Source: an uncultured virus (IMG/VR IMGVR_UViG_3300013093_000039)
Lineage: Duplodnaviria > Heunggongvirae > Uroviricota > Caudoviricetes
Virus record (IMG/VR): IMGVR_UViG_3300013093_000039
Direction: 5' to 3' (one strand)
DNA length: 64,000 bases
How positions within the stretch are numbered: position 1 is the stretch's first letter; each line of letters begins with the position of its first letter. The translations under genes were made by a program, and so were the position numbers. Below, piece by piece: positions 7,890 to 17,478 of this stretch. The notes beneath the pieces were generated by a model. The model was not told where the DNA came from. It did no database searches and saw nothing but the letters and a program-made list of their open reading frames with translations.

Positions 7890-9410
7890 TTACATTGCTA
7901 AACCTGCCTTAACACCTCCTATTGCAGCAATACCAGCTGCAGCATTAGCTCCAGCAGCAAATCTCTCTGAAGCTCCCATACTAGTGCGCTGATACTGAGC
8001 AATACGCGCAAATACATTCATAAGATCTTTTGCACTTTGATTTGTTGCAGTCATTGTGTTAATTACACCTAATGTAAAAATTTGCGGCTTTGTACCGCTA
8101 CTATCTGTTATATATAAATTATTTCCTGCAGCGTCTGTCATAATAGGATTATCAGGATCTGAACAGTCGTGTAAAAAAACAATACCTCGCTTAACAAAAT
8201 CCATAAATTCATTATCTTTTCTCATTTGTTTAAGATAATTTATAATATTAGTAGGTATATCTTTTATATACGCTGCTATACCTATACCGGGTATACCTCC
8301 TACTTCATTAAGTATGCTTTCTATTAAAATACTAAAATTATTATTTGTATTTAACTTTAAAGAACTTGTAAGTAATTTTTTTGTTTTTCTTGGCGGTTTT
8401 TCTGGTCTTACGTTTAATGTCTTAATAAAACTATTCAATGCGCGCGCGTCAATCTTACCGCTATTAAAAAATACATTTATTACTTTATTACCTCGACCAC
8501 TTACCTTAGTCATTGTATTAATAGCTCCCTGCTGAATCATATCTCCGCCACCTCCGCCACGAGAACCTCTCTTAGTTGTCTTTTTAGGGGGCTTAGGCTC
8601 ACCTGGAGGTGTAGGTTCTGGTTCAGTCTCAGGTGTTCCTGATTCTGGAGGTGCTGTGTAACATTTTATAGATTCGTAAAATAATCTAGCGTAAACAGCT
8701 ATTTTTATTATCTCAGATATATATAAATTACCGTCTACAATCTTTTCAAAATCACCACTAATACTTTTTATACCCGATACATATGCAGGGGTATCATCAA
8801 AAATATCATATAATAAGTTGCCAAATGGCTCTCTAGGTCCCTTAAAGGCGGTTAATCTACTAACAACAGCTGTACGACGATTTATTATTTCTTGAGTAGC
8901 AGGTAATATACAAAATCTGTCAATAGTACCTATAGCTACATCTCCTAGGTCGTCAATTTCTTTTTTTCTTTTTCTTTCAGCTTCCGATATATCAACATGT
9001 AAGAATGGTTGAGATTCTCCGTACTGATCATATGTTAAATCAGTTCTTTTTAACCAATTTGCAATAACGGTATTAATACCAAAATTTGTTAAATTTGAAT
9101 TGACATTATCAATAAGCTCTATAGAATTACCTGATTTAAAACCTTTTGCTAAAAGTGTTTTAGCAAGCCATCTGCATAAATCTACTATCGGTACATAAGC
9201 TTGTTTATAGGATTTAGGAGAAATATTAGAACTTGAAACTAATATAGGGGTGATAGATGAATCTAAATCACCACTAGGCCAACTATCCGTTAATGATGTA
9301 ATGGTAGGATTAGCTTTATTATAAGCCTTAATAACATCTTTCCACCATTTTGGAGTCGCCGCCGGAGGCCCCTCTAATAGTATTTTAACAGCATCTTCAA
9401 AATCAAACAT
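7890..9410 (-). CDS. Hypothetical protein (506 aa), possible virion-internal protein
   Basis: MFDFEDAVKILLE N-terminus, internal FSILIESILNE, Pro/Gly linker; TAAATA on the minus strand at 9421-9426. Confidence 0.8.
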   Translation of the reverse strand: MFDFEDAVKILLEGPPAATPKWWKDVIKAYNKANPTITSLTDSWPSGDLDSSITPILVSSSNISPKSYKQAYVPIVDLCRWLAKTLLAKGFKSGNSIELIDNVNSNLTNFGINTVIANWLKRTDLTYDQYGESQPFLHVDISEAERKRKKEIDDLGDVAIGTIDRFCILPATQEIINRRTAVVSRLTAFKGPREPFGNLLYDIFDDTPAYVSGIKSISGDFEKIVDGNLYISEIIKIAVYARLFYESIKCYTAPPESGTPETEPEPTPPGEPKPPKKTTKRGSRGGGGGDMIQQGAINTMTKVSGRGNKVINVFFNSGKIDARALNSFIKTLNVRPEKPPRKTKKLLTSSLKLNTNNNFSILIESILNEVGGIPGIGIAAYIKDIPTNIINYLKQMRKDNEFMDFVKRGIVFLHDCSDPDNPIMTDAAGNNLYITDSSGTKPQIFTLGVINTMTATNQSAKDLMNVFARIAQYQRTSMGASERFAAGANAAAGIAAIGGVKAGLAM

Positions 9411-9468
9411 AACTATATATTATTTAATGCAAATTAAAAAGAAAACATTATAGAATAAATAATATATA

Positions 9469-10104
9469 ATGAATAAAGATGCTCAATTAATAGCTGAAGC
9501 TTATGAAAGTATTTATAGAAATCAAGTAGATGAAAGTTTTAGAGGAGCCTTAGCTGGAGCCGCTATGGGATTAATGAGTTTATTTAGCGGTCAACAAGCT
9601 CAGAGTCAAATACAGCAGCCTCCAACAACATCTGAAGTAGTACCTCAACATCAAATTGATAATAGTACAGCAGCGGGATTAAAAGTACTCGCCGGAGCTG
9701 CTAATCAAGCTAATGCTATTCAAGCCCAATATAATAAAGATTGGCAGGCGTCAATGGACGCAACTAAAAATGATCCTAATTGGAAAAATTATACTACTGA
9801 TCAAAAGAAAACAGACGATATAACTCAAAAATATCATGCTGATTTAACAGCATTAAGAAATAATTTAAAACAACAGTTTAATTTAGACGATAATAAATTT
9901 GAACGTCTTATTAGTTATGCTACAAATTATCAACCTGATACTTATAAAGGTTTAATGAAATTAAGCTTAGCTACCTCAACCGCTAATTCAAAAGCAGGTC
10001 TTAATCAGTGGGTGGATACAGTTGTTAATAATTCTCGAGAAGATCTTGCTAATGATATTAAACAAATTAATCAAGTAACTAAGGGTATTCAGCCTTCTCG
10101 TTAA
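9469..10104 (+). CDS. Hypothetical Gln/Ala-rich protein
   Basis: MNKDAQLIAEAYE..VDE followed by hydrophobic FRGALAGAAMGLMSLF; TAAATA at 9456. Confidence 0.8.
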   Translation: MNKDAQLIAEAYESIYRNQVDESFRGALAGAAMGLMSLFSGQQAQSQIQQPPTTSEVVPQHQIDNSTAAGLKVLAGAANQANAIQAQYNKDWQASMDATKNDPNWKNYTTDQKKTDDITQKYHADLTALRNNLKQQFNLDDNKFERLISYATNYQPDTYKGLMKLSLATSTANSKAGLNQWVDTVVNNSREDLANDIKQINQVTKGIQPSR

Positions 10105-10730
10105 GTATAAATTAATGACGGAGTTTCTTCTCCGTAAGCTCTACCGTCTTGTTGAACGTATAATTTGACCTGCTCAACTCGTAAATCAGGTGGTCCTTCT
10201 AAAGAGATAATAGCCGGACAATCTTCTCTAGGAAAGAAAACAGCATCTCCTCTTTCATAGGCAGCAACTAAAGCTCCAAAGATATTATCAATTTCCTCAC
10301 GATAAACTGGATCAATATCTCTACCTTTACGTTTTTCTAAAGGAATCTCCTGTCTTAACGGTAGATAAAAAATTACATCAAACGATTTTAAAGATTCTTG
10401 AACCAAGAATTTTGTATTTACAATAAAGTCATCAGATACTTTACCCTTAGCATTAAGCCAAATACTATAAACAATATTATCTAATACGCAACGATCAAAA
10501 ATAATGTCCTTTCCATCGTTAGCACTAGCATGTTGTAACTCATCAATTAAAGCATCGAGTATAATTCGTTGACTTTCTTCATTACCTTTTTGATTAAGTT
10601 TAAGCTTCTTTTCAGAAATTATATCTCTATAAGTCTTACTTGGCTGTTTGTACATAGGCCAAGTTTCTAAAAATTTTTTAATAAAGGTACTCTTTCCGTT
10701 ACACTGAGTACCAACAATAGCTATCTTCAT
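10101..10730 (-). CDS. P-loop nucleotide kinase (AAA_28/dNMP-kinase-like)
   Basis: MKIAIVGTQCNGKST and IIFDRCVLD; start reassigned to the ATG at 10730. Confidence 0.8.
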   Translation of the reverse strand: MKIAIVGTQCNGKSTFIKKFLETWPMYKQPSKTYRDIISEKKLKLNQKGNEESQRIILDALIDELQHASANDGKDIIFDRCVLDNIVYSIWLNAKGKVSDDFIVNTKFLVQESLKSFDVIFYLPLRQEIPLEKRKGRDIDPVYREEIDNIFGALVAAYERGDAVFFPREDCPAIISLEGPPDLRVEQVKLYVQQDGRAYGEETPSLIYT

Positions 10731-10731
10731 A

Positions 10732-11490
10732 TTATACTTTAAGTGCTTTATTCCAAATGAGCAACTGTAAACGAGGACTAAAGTTAACGTGAAGAGCTTT
10801 AGCATATTCTGCTACTGCTGGCGCATTCTTAACATGTTCTTCCCTAGATCCGCAACAGGGCATAAACCAAATACGACTTAACGGTACATTAATACCCTCT
10901 TTATCATTTACATATTTACGCCAGATCTCATCAATATCTTCAGAACAATTAATAACAAACTTAAACCCGGATTTATTCTTTACATGCCACTTTAATACTT
11001 CTGGCTTATAAGTCTTTTCTTCTGGATCTCCGTTTGAAGTAAGTTTAGGTGATGTAGTGAATGTAGCCCTATGAGAGCTAATCCACATGCTATCCGGAAT
11101 TAATGTAGCATTAGTTTCAAAATCAATACGAGGTACAAACTCGTATCTTACACTAAATGCTTCAATAAACTTAAGAAGTTGCTTCTCTTGAATAAGAGGC
11201 TCCCCACCTGTAAGCTTTAAGATAGCTTTATTACGAAGATGTTCAATATAGTTATTATCTTCCATCATCTTAAAGATTTCGTCAAATGTCATCTTATTCT
11301 TTACTGACCAAGAAATAAACGAATCACAACCATTAGGTGAATCCTCAGATGCAAATCCTTTACACGTTAGGTTACACATTGACATACGCATAAAGACAGA
11401 AGGTACTCCTACGTACTCTCCTTCACCTTCAATTGTATAAAATACTTTATCGTCAGATAAAAATAATGTTTCAGTATCAGTTTTAATCAT
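10732..11490 (-). CDS. queE: 7-carboxy-7-deazaguanine synthase (radical SAM)
   Basis: FYTIEGEG, CNLTC...CDS, LTGGEP, ETN, SPK, PRLQ; likely start MIKTD at 11490. Confidence 0.92.
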   Translation of the reverse strand: MIKTDTETLFLSDDKVFYTIEGEGEYVGVPSVFMRMSMCNLTCKGFASEDSPNGCDSFISWSVKNKMTFDEIFKMMEDNNYIEHLRNKAILKLTGGEPLIQEKQLLKFIEAFSVRYEFVPRIDFETNATLIPDSMWISSHRATFTTSPKLTSNGDPEEKTYKPEVLKWHVKNKSGFKFVINCSEDIDEIWRKYVNDKEGINVPLSRIWFMPCCGSREEHVKNAPAVAEYAKALHVNFSPRLQLLIWNKALKV

Positions 11491-11491
11491 A

Positions 11492-11944
11492 TTATTCAAA
11501 ATAAATTGCTGAGTTGTTTTCGTGTTCAAAGACTTCAACTTTATCTACCCAGCAACGACCGTTAGTTTCAATCTTAATAAAATCATTAGCTATATTATAG
11601 CACCATTCAGCAGTTTTTTCAATACCTACTGCTTCCATAATTCTAAGCTGACATCCTCGTTGATTATTAAGCTCTTGCCAAAAAGGTAACAAAGGATCAT
11701 CTTGAGCTACACAAAGGGTATGATCGAACTGATCAGTAAGTTTTTTCTTAAGATCTTTAATACCTCCAAAATCTACAATCCAGTTCTTATCATCAAGCTC
11801 CTTACCGGCAAAATAAAACTTAGCCTTAAGCTGATAACCGTGAATATACTGACAATGACTATGTACAGCTCTCCACTGACGGAAAGCACATGAACCTAGT
11901 TCAATTATTTTAGTACTCTGCCAAGTAGGTTGTATAATATGCAT
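11492..11944 (-). CDS. queD: 6-carboxy-5,6,7,8-tetrahydropterin synthase
   Basis: HCQYIHGY, WIVDFG, FDHT and VFEHENN motifs. Confidence 0.92.
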   Translation of the reverse strand: MHIIQPTWQSTKIIELGSCAFRQWRAVHSHCQYIHGYQLKAKFYFAGKELDDKNWIVDFGGIKDLKKKLTDQFDHTLCVAQDDPLLPFWQELNNQRGCQLRIMEAVGIEKTAEWCYNIANDFIKIETNGRCWVDKVEVFEHENNSAIYFE

Positions 11945-11945
11945 A

Positions 11946-12056
11946 CTATCTCTTCTTTTTTGTTTTAATTGTTTTTGTAATAGTAACTGTCTTACGAACG
12001 GTTATAGGCCCTTTTGTTATTGATGATACTCTTCTTTTTGTAGTCTTTGTTGTCAT
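11946..12056 (-). CDS. 36-aa very basic peptide (not in ORF track)
   Basis: MTTKTTKRRVSSITKGPITVRKTVTITKTIKTKKKR; exactly fills the gap, with an ATGA overlap to the upstream gene. Confidence 0.6.
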   Translation of the reverse strand: MTTKTTKRRVSSITKGPITVRKTVTITKTIKTKKKR

Positions 12057-12355
12057 GCTTTTTCTAAATTTAATGTCTTAATCAATTTATTAAATGTAGC
12101 AAGAACTTCTTTTGACCAACTATCTTCATAATTTTGTTCTTCATAAAAACAAATTTTATCCAATTTAACATTATCATTACAAGCTGATTTTAATTCTTTT
12201 GCTAAATTAATCATATCAGTAAAATCCTTCTCTTCCCACTCCGCACCTATATTTACAGATGAAGAAAAAAGAAGAGCTTCAATTAAATGACCTATCTTCT
12301 TTTTATCGAGAGTTAAATTTACTGAGCTATTATTTTCTTCGTTTGTAGGGCTCAT
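12053..12355 (-). CDS. Hypothetical protein
   Basis: 100-aa ORF upstream of the queDE operon. Confidence 0.7.
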   Translation of the reverse strand: MSPTNEENNSSVNLTLDKKKIGHLIEALLFSSSVNIGAEWEEKDFTDMINLAKELKSACNDNVKLDKICFYEEQNYEDSWSKEVLATFNKLIKTLNLEKA

Positions 12356-12380
12356 ACAAACATAATACTATAATATAAGA

Positions 12381-13934
12381 TTAGTTCAACTGTTTACCGA
12401 GCTTATTAACAAATATATTATAGATATTTTGATCAAAGTGACCGATAGTTTCTATAACCATACGCTTACGTTTCTTTTCATCAGATATTCTAAACATGTC
12501 TCTAAATTCTGAAGCACTATTCATCATGTGCCCGTCTATATCAAAAGTTACATTACCCGGGGCGTAGATATAACCATGACCTCCCTTTTCATTAAAAGGA
12601 TCCATTTCATTAATATCTTTATACGGTTGAAAGTAAGATTTATCCCCGCTTCTTGTATTTTTAAAATTAAAACGCGGGTCTGTTTTCATATCCTTCAAGC
12701 CAACTAAAAATATAACTCTATCGACATCAGGATTATAATGTTCAAGAATTTCTACAGGTTTGTAAGGAATTCGAGTTTCAATAATTTCATTCTCAGGTAT
12801 TCCACAAGCATGAATAATTTGTTTTTTTTCGTTAAAATCAAATGGATACTTACTTGGATCTTTTAGAGCATCTTTACTTGTATTACTTGCTGTAGCTATA
12901 TAAAATTTAGCTGACGGAAATTCATGTTTTGCTCTTTCGTAGTAGTGGGCGTGACCTTTATGAAAGGGTTGAAAGCGCCCGGCAAATATAACTATTAAAT
13001 TAAAACCGATACCTTCAGATTCAGTAAAGAATTTTGAAAATGATTTATTAATATTAAAAAGAGGTTTAACTCTAGATTCAGCTAAACGCTGGGTTACTAA
13101 TTTAATAGCTCTTTCTTTATTATCACCTTTAGGTGTTCCTACCTCTCCAGACTTTACACTTACCATACCTTTAAAGATTCCTGCTACACGTTTCTTTGAT
13201 CTAGGATTTTTTAATTTTGTAGCGATCTCATTTAATAGTTCCTCAAAAGAACCATCTATATTAAAATTTTGAAGTAAACGTTCTACTAAGTTCCAGTCAG
13301 CAGAGCTCCAAACTATTTCCCTAGATAATTCTTTAAAGTTTTCTAATTTTACTTTTCGTAAAGATAAGTTAACCGAGCTTAAATTAAATTCATACTCTTC
13401 ACCTTTCTGTAAAGCCGGTAAATTATTAATACCTAAACGGCGAAAAACAGCCTTAGACTCTTCTTCAAGTAAAACTGTTTTAACTAATCCTATAAGAAGA
13501 CCTTGTTTTTCTGCAGGTAGGTCTAAGAAATTATTTTTAAAATTATGTTCTTCCTCTGATAAAGCTATAATGTTATCAACTTGAATGTACTGACCGGGTT
13601 CTCCTGTTATAGGGAATAAAACTGATATAAGCTCTCCGGAATTATAATATCTTCTACCAGTATATTTCGGACTTTTAAAAGGTACTATAAGACTAGTAGG
13701 TAAAGAAGTTACAGAATCAATAATTTGTTGTTTAACTTCTTGTTTATTATCACCTTTAAAGGACACAATTATATCTAAATCTCCAAAATCTGCCTTAGCC
13801 CCTGTTTTTATACTACCAGATAAAGTAGCGTTAATAAAGCCGGGTATTTTTTTAAGTACAAGTTTAACATAATCGTTAAATGTACTTTGTACATCTTCTC
13901 TTTTAATGCGATTTCCACCCGCTACGCCACTCAC
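12381..13934 (-). CDS. Pol-beta-superfamily nucleotidyltransferase fused to a HIGH-motif (cytidylyl/adenylyltransferase-like) domain
   Basis: LSGS...FGDLDIIV and IQVD in the N-terminal half; FAGRFQPFHKGH and MNSASEFR in the C-terminal half. Confidence 0.8.
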   Translation of the reverse strand: MSGVAGGNRIKREDVQSTFNDYVKLVLKKIPGFINATLSGSIKTGAKADFGDLDIIVSFKGDNKQEVKQQIIDSVTSLPTSLIVPFKSPKYTGRRYYNSGELISVLFPITGEPGQYIQVDNIIALSEEEHNFKNNFLDLPAEKQGLLIGLVKTVLLEEESKAVFRRLGINNLPALQKGEEYEFNLSSVNLSLRKVKLENFKELSREIVWSSADWNLVERLLQNFNIDGSFEELLNEIATKLKNPRSKKRVAGIFKGMVSVKSGEVGTPKGDNKERAIKLVTQRLAESRVKPLFNINKSFSKFFTESEGIGFNLIVIFAGRFQPFHKGHAHYYERAKHEFPSAKFYIATASNTSKDALKDPSKYPFDFNEKKQIIHACGIPENEIIETRIPYKPVEILEHYNPDVDRVIFLVGLKDMKTDPRFNFKNTRSGDKSYFQPYKDINEMDPFNEKGGHGYIYAPGNVTFDIDGHMMNSASEFRDMFRISDEKKRKRMVIETIGHFDQNIYNIFVNKLGKQLN

Positions 13935-14587
13935 GATACGCGATCCTCCTTATACTTCCATATAAAACCGTATATAGATTTTCTTTTACCATTGCAGCAT
14001 TCAGTTATTGATGCCCCGCTCTGTTTACCTAGTGTAGTCCCAGCGCTTCTAGCGCTTAACCACTCTCTTACTAGACGACCTGCTTTTGTAAATTGTAAAA
14101 CATTTTTATTAACGGTGCATACTCTTCTACACGTAATACTTCTTTTTTTATTTGATTCGGGTGTTTGTATTACTATACCTTTTGTTCCTTTATTCCAAGG
14201 GGTGCAACCTTTTTTAAAACTTGTTTTATTAGCTTTGCGCTGCACTGTAGAGTTTTTTTGAGATATTGATTGTCTTTTTTTTGTGTCTTCAGATAAAAAA
14301 CCAGATTTATCATTAGTTTTTGTTAATCTGCAATTTAAGCCTTTATTACCCAAAACATTATAATATTCCTGCCAATACCTTTCTCGTAAATTTAAATTTT
14401 TTATATTACATTCTTCAACTATTTCAAATTTATGATTTAAATATCCGTGTTTTATTAAAGAATTATATAGTCTACGTTGAGTTTTACATTTTAAAAATCT
14501 GTAACTTGTAAATCTTTTTTTAAAGTTTACTGTCTGTCCTATATAAACTCTACCTTTAGGATTTGTTATTTTGTAAATACCACTCAT
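13931..14587 (-). CDS. GIY-YIG homing endonuclease with NUMOD-like DNA-binding repeats
   Basis: GIYKITNPKGRVYIGQT, RERYW, PWNKG, ITECCNGKRKSIYGFIWKY. Confidence 0.9.
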   Translation of the reverse strand: MSGIYKITNPKGRVYIGQTVNFKKRFTSYRFLKCKTQRRLYNSLIKHGYLNHKFEIVEECNIKNLNLRERYWQEYYNVLGNKGLNCRLTKTNDKSGFLSEDTKKRQSISQKNSTVQRKANKTSFKKGCTPWNKGTKGIVIQTPESNKKRSITCRRVCTVNKNVLQFTKAGRLVREWLSARSAGTTLGKQSGASITECCNGKRKSIYGFIWKYKEDRVS

Positions 14588-15543
14588 ACTTTATATTTTA
14601 TAAGATTTGAATTATCAGGTAAGAATTTACCTTTTAAATTTAACCTTTGCTGATTATCTATCCAGTACTGCTGAAGGTCATCAGGGATATCAGCTCTAGT
14701 ACTGTCTAAAATTTTAAGATATGTATCAAAAACGGCGTGAAGATCTTCTTCACTAAGATCACGTTTAAGAACATCAATTAACGTATGATAATCCCCTACA
14801 GTTTCTTTGTTAAGATGAATATTATAAAGATTATTTAAAAGTTCAATTGCTTCTTTAGGATTGTTAGCGGCGATTTCTTGAGTTTCTTTATTTTTAACTC
14901 CGTAGTTATGAGAAAATGTGTAACCTTTATGTGAGAAAAGAGATACTAATAACTGAGTACGATGAAGACCTTTTACATTACCTTGATAAGTAGCAGAATG
15001 ATAAGCAAATGTTAACCAATCGACATTACCAACATTAATATCAATTTGAACTCTCTTATCTAACTGATTACCCTTACTATCAAATTGAGGAAATTGACAA
15101 AATAACGCTCCGGCTCCACTACCCTTAACATCAGTAACAATATCAGTATTTGAAGCTACAATTTTCTCAGCTATAGCAACAATAACAGCTCTCTTCATCA
15201 ATATTTCCTCTGTAGCAGTTTTTGCTTTCTTTTTAAAAGTAGTAAATAATTCTTCTACTCTATTCTTATCTAATCCCCAATCATTAATATCTTTGAATGA
15301 ATCTTCTGATAAAGCTAAATCAATATCTCCGGAAATCTCTTTTTTTCCTACAGATCCTAAAGTACGAATTCCTTCAAAATGAAGCCTAGCTTCAGGAAAT
15401 ATTTCACCAAATTGTTTAAAAAATTCTTTTAAAGTAGGCTGAATATCTTCTTTCTTAATAGGAGAGGAAGCTTCAAAAACATTACCTCCTTCACTAAGAA
15501 GACTAACGGTCTTATAGTAATTACTAAAAGAAAACTGTAACAT
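14584..15543 (-). CDS. Pol-beta-superfamily nucleotidyltransferase
   Basis: TLGSVGKKEISGDIDLAL and VQID; TAAGTA on the minus strand at 15551-15556. Confidence 0.8.
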   Translation of the reverse strand: MLQFSFSNYYKTVSLLSEGGNVFEASSPIKKEDIQPTLKEFFKQFGEIFPEARLHFEGIRTLGSVGKKEISGDIDLALSEDSFKDINDWGLDKNRVEELFTTFKKKAKTATEEILMKRAVIVAIAEKIVASNTDIVTDVKGSGAGALFCQFPQFDSKGNQLDKRVQIDINVGNVDWLTFAYHSATYQGNVKGLHRTQLLVSLFSHKGYTFSHNYGVKNKETQEIAANNPKEAIELLNNLYNIHLNKETVGDYHTLIDVLKRDLSEEDLHAVFDTYLKILDSTRADIPDDLQQYWIDNQQRLNLKGKFLPDNSNLIKYKV

Positions 15544-15549
15544 ATAATG

Positions 15550-15891
15550 TTACTTATTAACTATAGGTGTAAGTTGTAATCCTTTTTGCTTTAAAGCATC
15601 AGCAACTTGCTGAGTAGTCTTAGCATTAACTAAATCTTGTCCTACAGGATGTTTTAAAGGATCAATAGGAGGCTGAGCAGGTTGAGATTTATTTTGTTGC
15701 TGATTGTTATTGTTAATTGAATTTGGAGTTCCAGGAGGAGCAGTAGTAGAGGCAGTAGTAGGATTAGCTCCAGTAGGAGAGGGAGAAGGTGCTAAAGTAG
15801 TATTACCAGCAGCAGGATTAGTTCCAGCAGGAGGAGTAGGTTGATTATAATCTTCCCAAAGAGTATTTAAGAGGTTTTCGAACTTAGACAT
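15550..15891 (-). CDS. Pro/Thr/Asn-rich hypothetical protein
   Basis: MSKFENLLNTLWE N-terminus; TAAATA on the minus strand at 15898-15903. Confidence 0.7.
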   Translation of the reverse strand: MSKFENLLNTLWEDYNQPTPPAGTNPAAGNTTLAPSPSPTGANPTTASTTAPPGTPNSINNNNQQQNKSQPAQPPIDPLKHPVGQDLVNAKTTQQVADALKQKGLQLTPIVNK

Positions 15892-15952
15892 ATAAAGTAT
15901 TTAAGCTCTTTTAAAGCACATTTGTAAGGGGCCGTAAAAGCTTTTAATCAAT

Positions 15953-16435
15953 TTATTCACTATCACTGTCAAAATCCACTGATCCAGCTGAAAAATGTTT
16001 CTTTTTCTTAAAATCTTTTAAGAAGCTAAACAGTTGATTCTTATTAGCAAAACTATTTAACATCTTACTTCTTGTTTTTGACTTGTTTATAGTATTAGAA
16101 ACAGCAATTTCAACATCAGGAGAAATAAATGAATTACACCTACACCAAGGAATAGGTAGTACTTTTAATACTTTATCAAGACTCTTGTCATTAAACGGAA
16201 TACCCTTAGGTATATCATACACAACTAATGCTTTAGGATATCTACTCGGACACTTTTGATAAACAGAGCAAAATTTTTCTAAACAATAGTGGTAAAAAAA
16301 CTTTTTAACATCAATAGATGATAAAGGTATACTATACTTTTTACAAATACTTACAGTTTCTTTAATAGCTTCTATTAGTAATGGTTGAAAATCAATAGCA
16401 CATACTCTACTACCATTGAATTCCTTATACTTCAT
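15953..16435 (-). CDS. Hypothetical protein
   Basis: 160-aa ORF in a tightly packed operon. Confidence 0.7.
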   Translation of the reverse strand: MKYKEFNGSRVCAIDFQPLLIEAIKETVSICKKYSIPLSSIDVKKFFYHYCLEKFCSVYQKCPSRYPKALVVYDIPKGIPFNDKSLDKVLKVLPIPWCRCNSFISPDVEIAVSNTINKSKTRSKMLNSFANKNQLFSFLKDFKKKKHFSAGSVDFDSDSE

Positions 16436-16436
16436 A

Positions 16437-17060
16437 TTATTGTATTATTGTTTCTATTTGTTCTAAAGTAAGTCCGTCTTTTAACGCATTATTTGTAGCT
16501 TCATGTAATTGTGTAAAAATTTCATTAAACTTTTCTTCATATATTAAAATTTGTTTATGATTGTCTTTATTGTAATTTAACTTATTACTACTTTCAAGTA
16601 AAGCTGTTTGATTAATAAGATCAAGCTTAGGTCCTAAGTATTTTTTAATTTTTAAAATTGTTTTTGTAGCTGGTGAATAAGATGCTTTTTCCTCTTCAGT
16701 TATAGGCTCTTTAATCTTATTACCGTCATTATCTATAATACCTAGCTTATAGGCAAGAAAATTTTCTATTTTCTTATTTAGTTCGTTTAATAAAAAGTGA
16801 TTATACATAGATTTTTGTAGAGTTTCTTTAAACATAGCGTTGAATTCAACACCGTGCATATGAATATCATTGAAAGGGTTAAACCTACAACCTTTCCCAT
16901 AGGCTATAGAACCGCAATAAGAACATTTTTTAGGATCTTCAGGATGAAAGTGTATACCTTGAGGTCCAAACCTACATCCTTTTCCATAAGCTGTAGAACC
17001 ACAATAAATACATCGATTAACTCTAGTTGAAATTAATGCTTTTTTTGCTTCTTCTAACAT
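16437..17060 (-). CDS. Protein with two Cys/His (Zn-finger-like) repeats
   Basis: C.YCGS.AYGKGCRF.P...IH.H occurs twice; AYKLGIIDNDG motif follows. Confidence 0.75.
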   Translation of the reverse strand: MLEEAKKALISTRVNRCIYCGSTAYGKGCRFGPQGIHFHPEDPKKCSYCGSIAYGKGCRFNPFNDIHMHGVEFNAMFKETLQKSMYNHFLLNELNKKIENFLAYKLGIIDNDGNKIKEPITEEEKASYSPATKTILKIKKYLGPKLDLINQTALLESSNKLNYNKDNHKQILIYEEKFNEIFTQLHEATNNALKDGLTLEQIETIIQ

Positions 17061-17061
17061 A

Positions 17062-17478
17062 TTATTTATTTAATACACTTTTAGGAGGTCTCCCTATACG
17101 AAGGTTTAAAATACCGTTATAATAGTCGTCTCTTAGCAAGACTTCTCTACCTATCTGTTCTTTGGCTTCTTCGTATGCTAGTTCCCACTTCGAACCGCAG
17201 GTTCTTAAAATCTCAAATCTAAAATTCTCTTTTCCTATTTTAACTATATCATTATTTAAATCAACTGAGGAACTTGTATAACTTTTCCAATCTGATTCTT
17301 TGTATTCGATTCTTTTGTTCTTCTTACCTTTTAAAGGTTTACGCTTAAACTTTGATATACATTGCTTCTTACCAATATATTTTTTTCCGTTTGTTAAGTT
17401 TGTTATCAAATAAATGAAGCCGAAAATTTCCTCCGAAATTTCAATTCCTTCGTTTAAAATCCAATGACCAGTATCCAT
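17062..17478 (-). CDS. Short GIY-YIG-family nuclease
   Basis: FGFIYLITNLTNGKKYIGKKQ, ESDWKSY, YYN. Confidence 0.8.
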   Translation of the reverse strand: MDTGHWILNEGIEISEEIFGFIYLITNLTNGKKYIGKKQCISKFKRKPLKGKKNKRIEYKESDWKSYTSSSVDLNNDIVKIGKENFRFEILRTCGSKWELAYEEAKEQIGREVLLRDDYYNGILNLRIGRPPKSVLNK

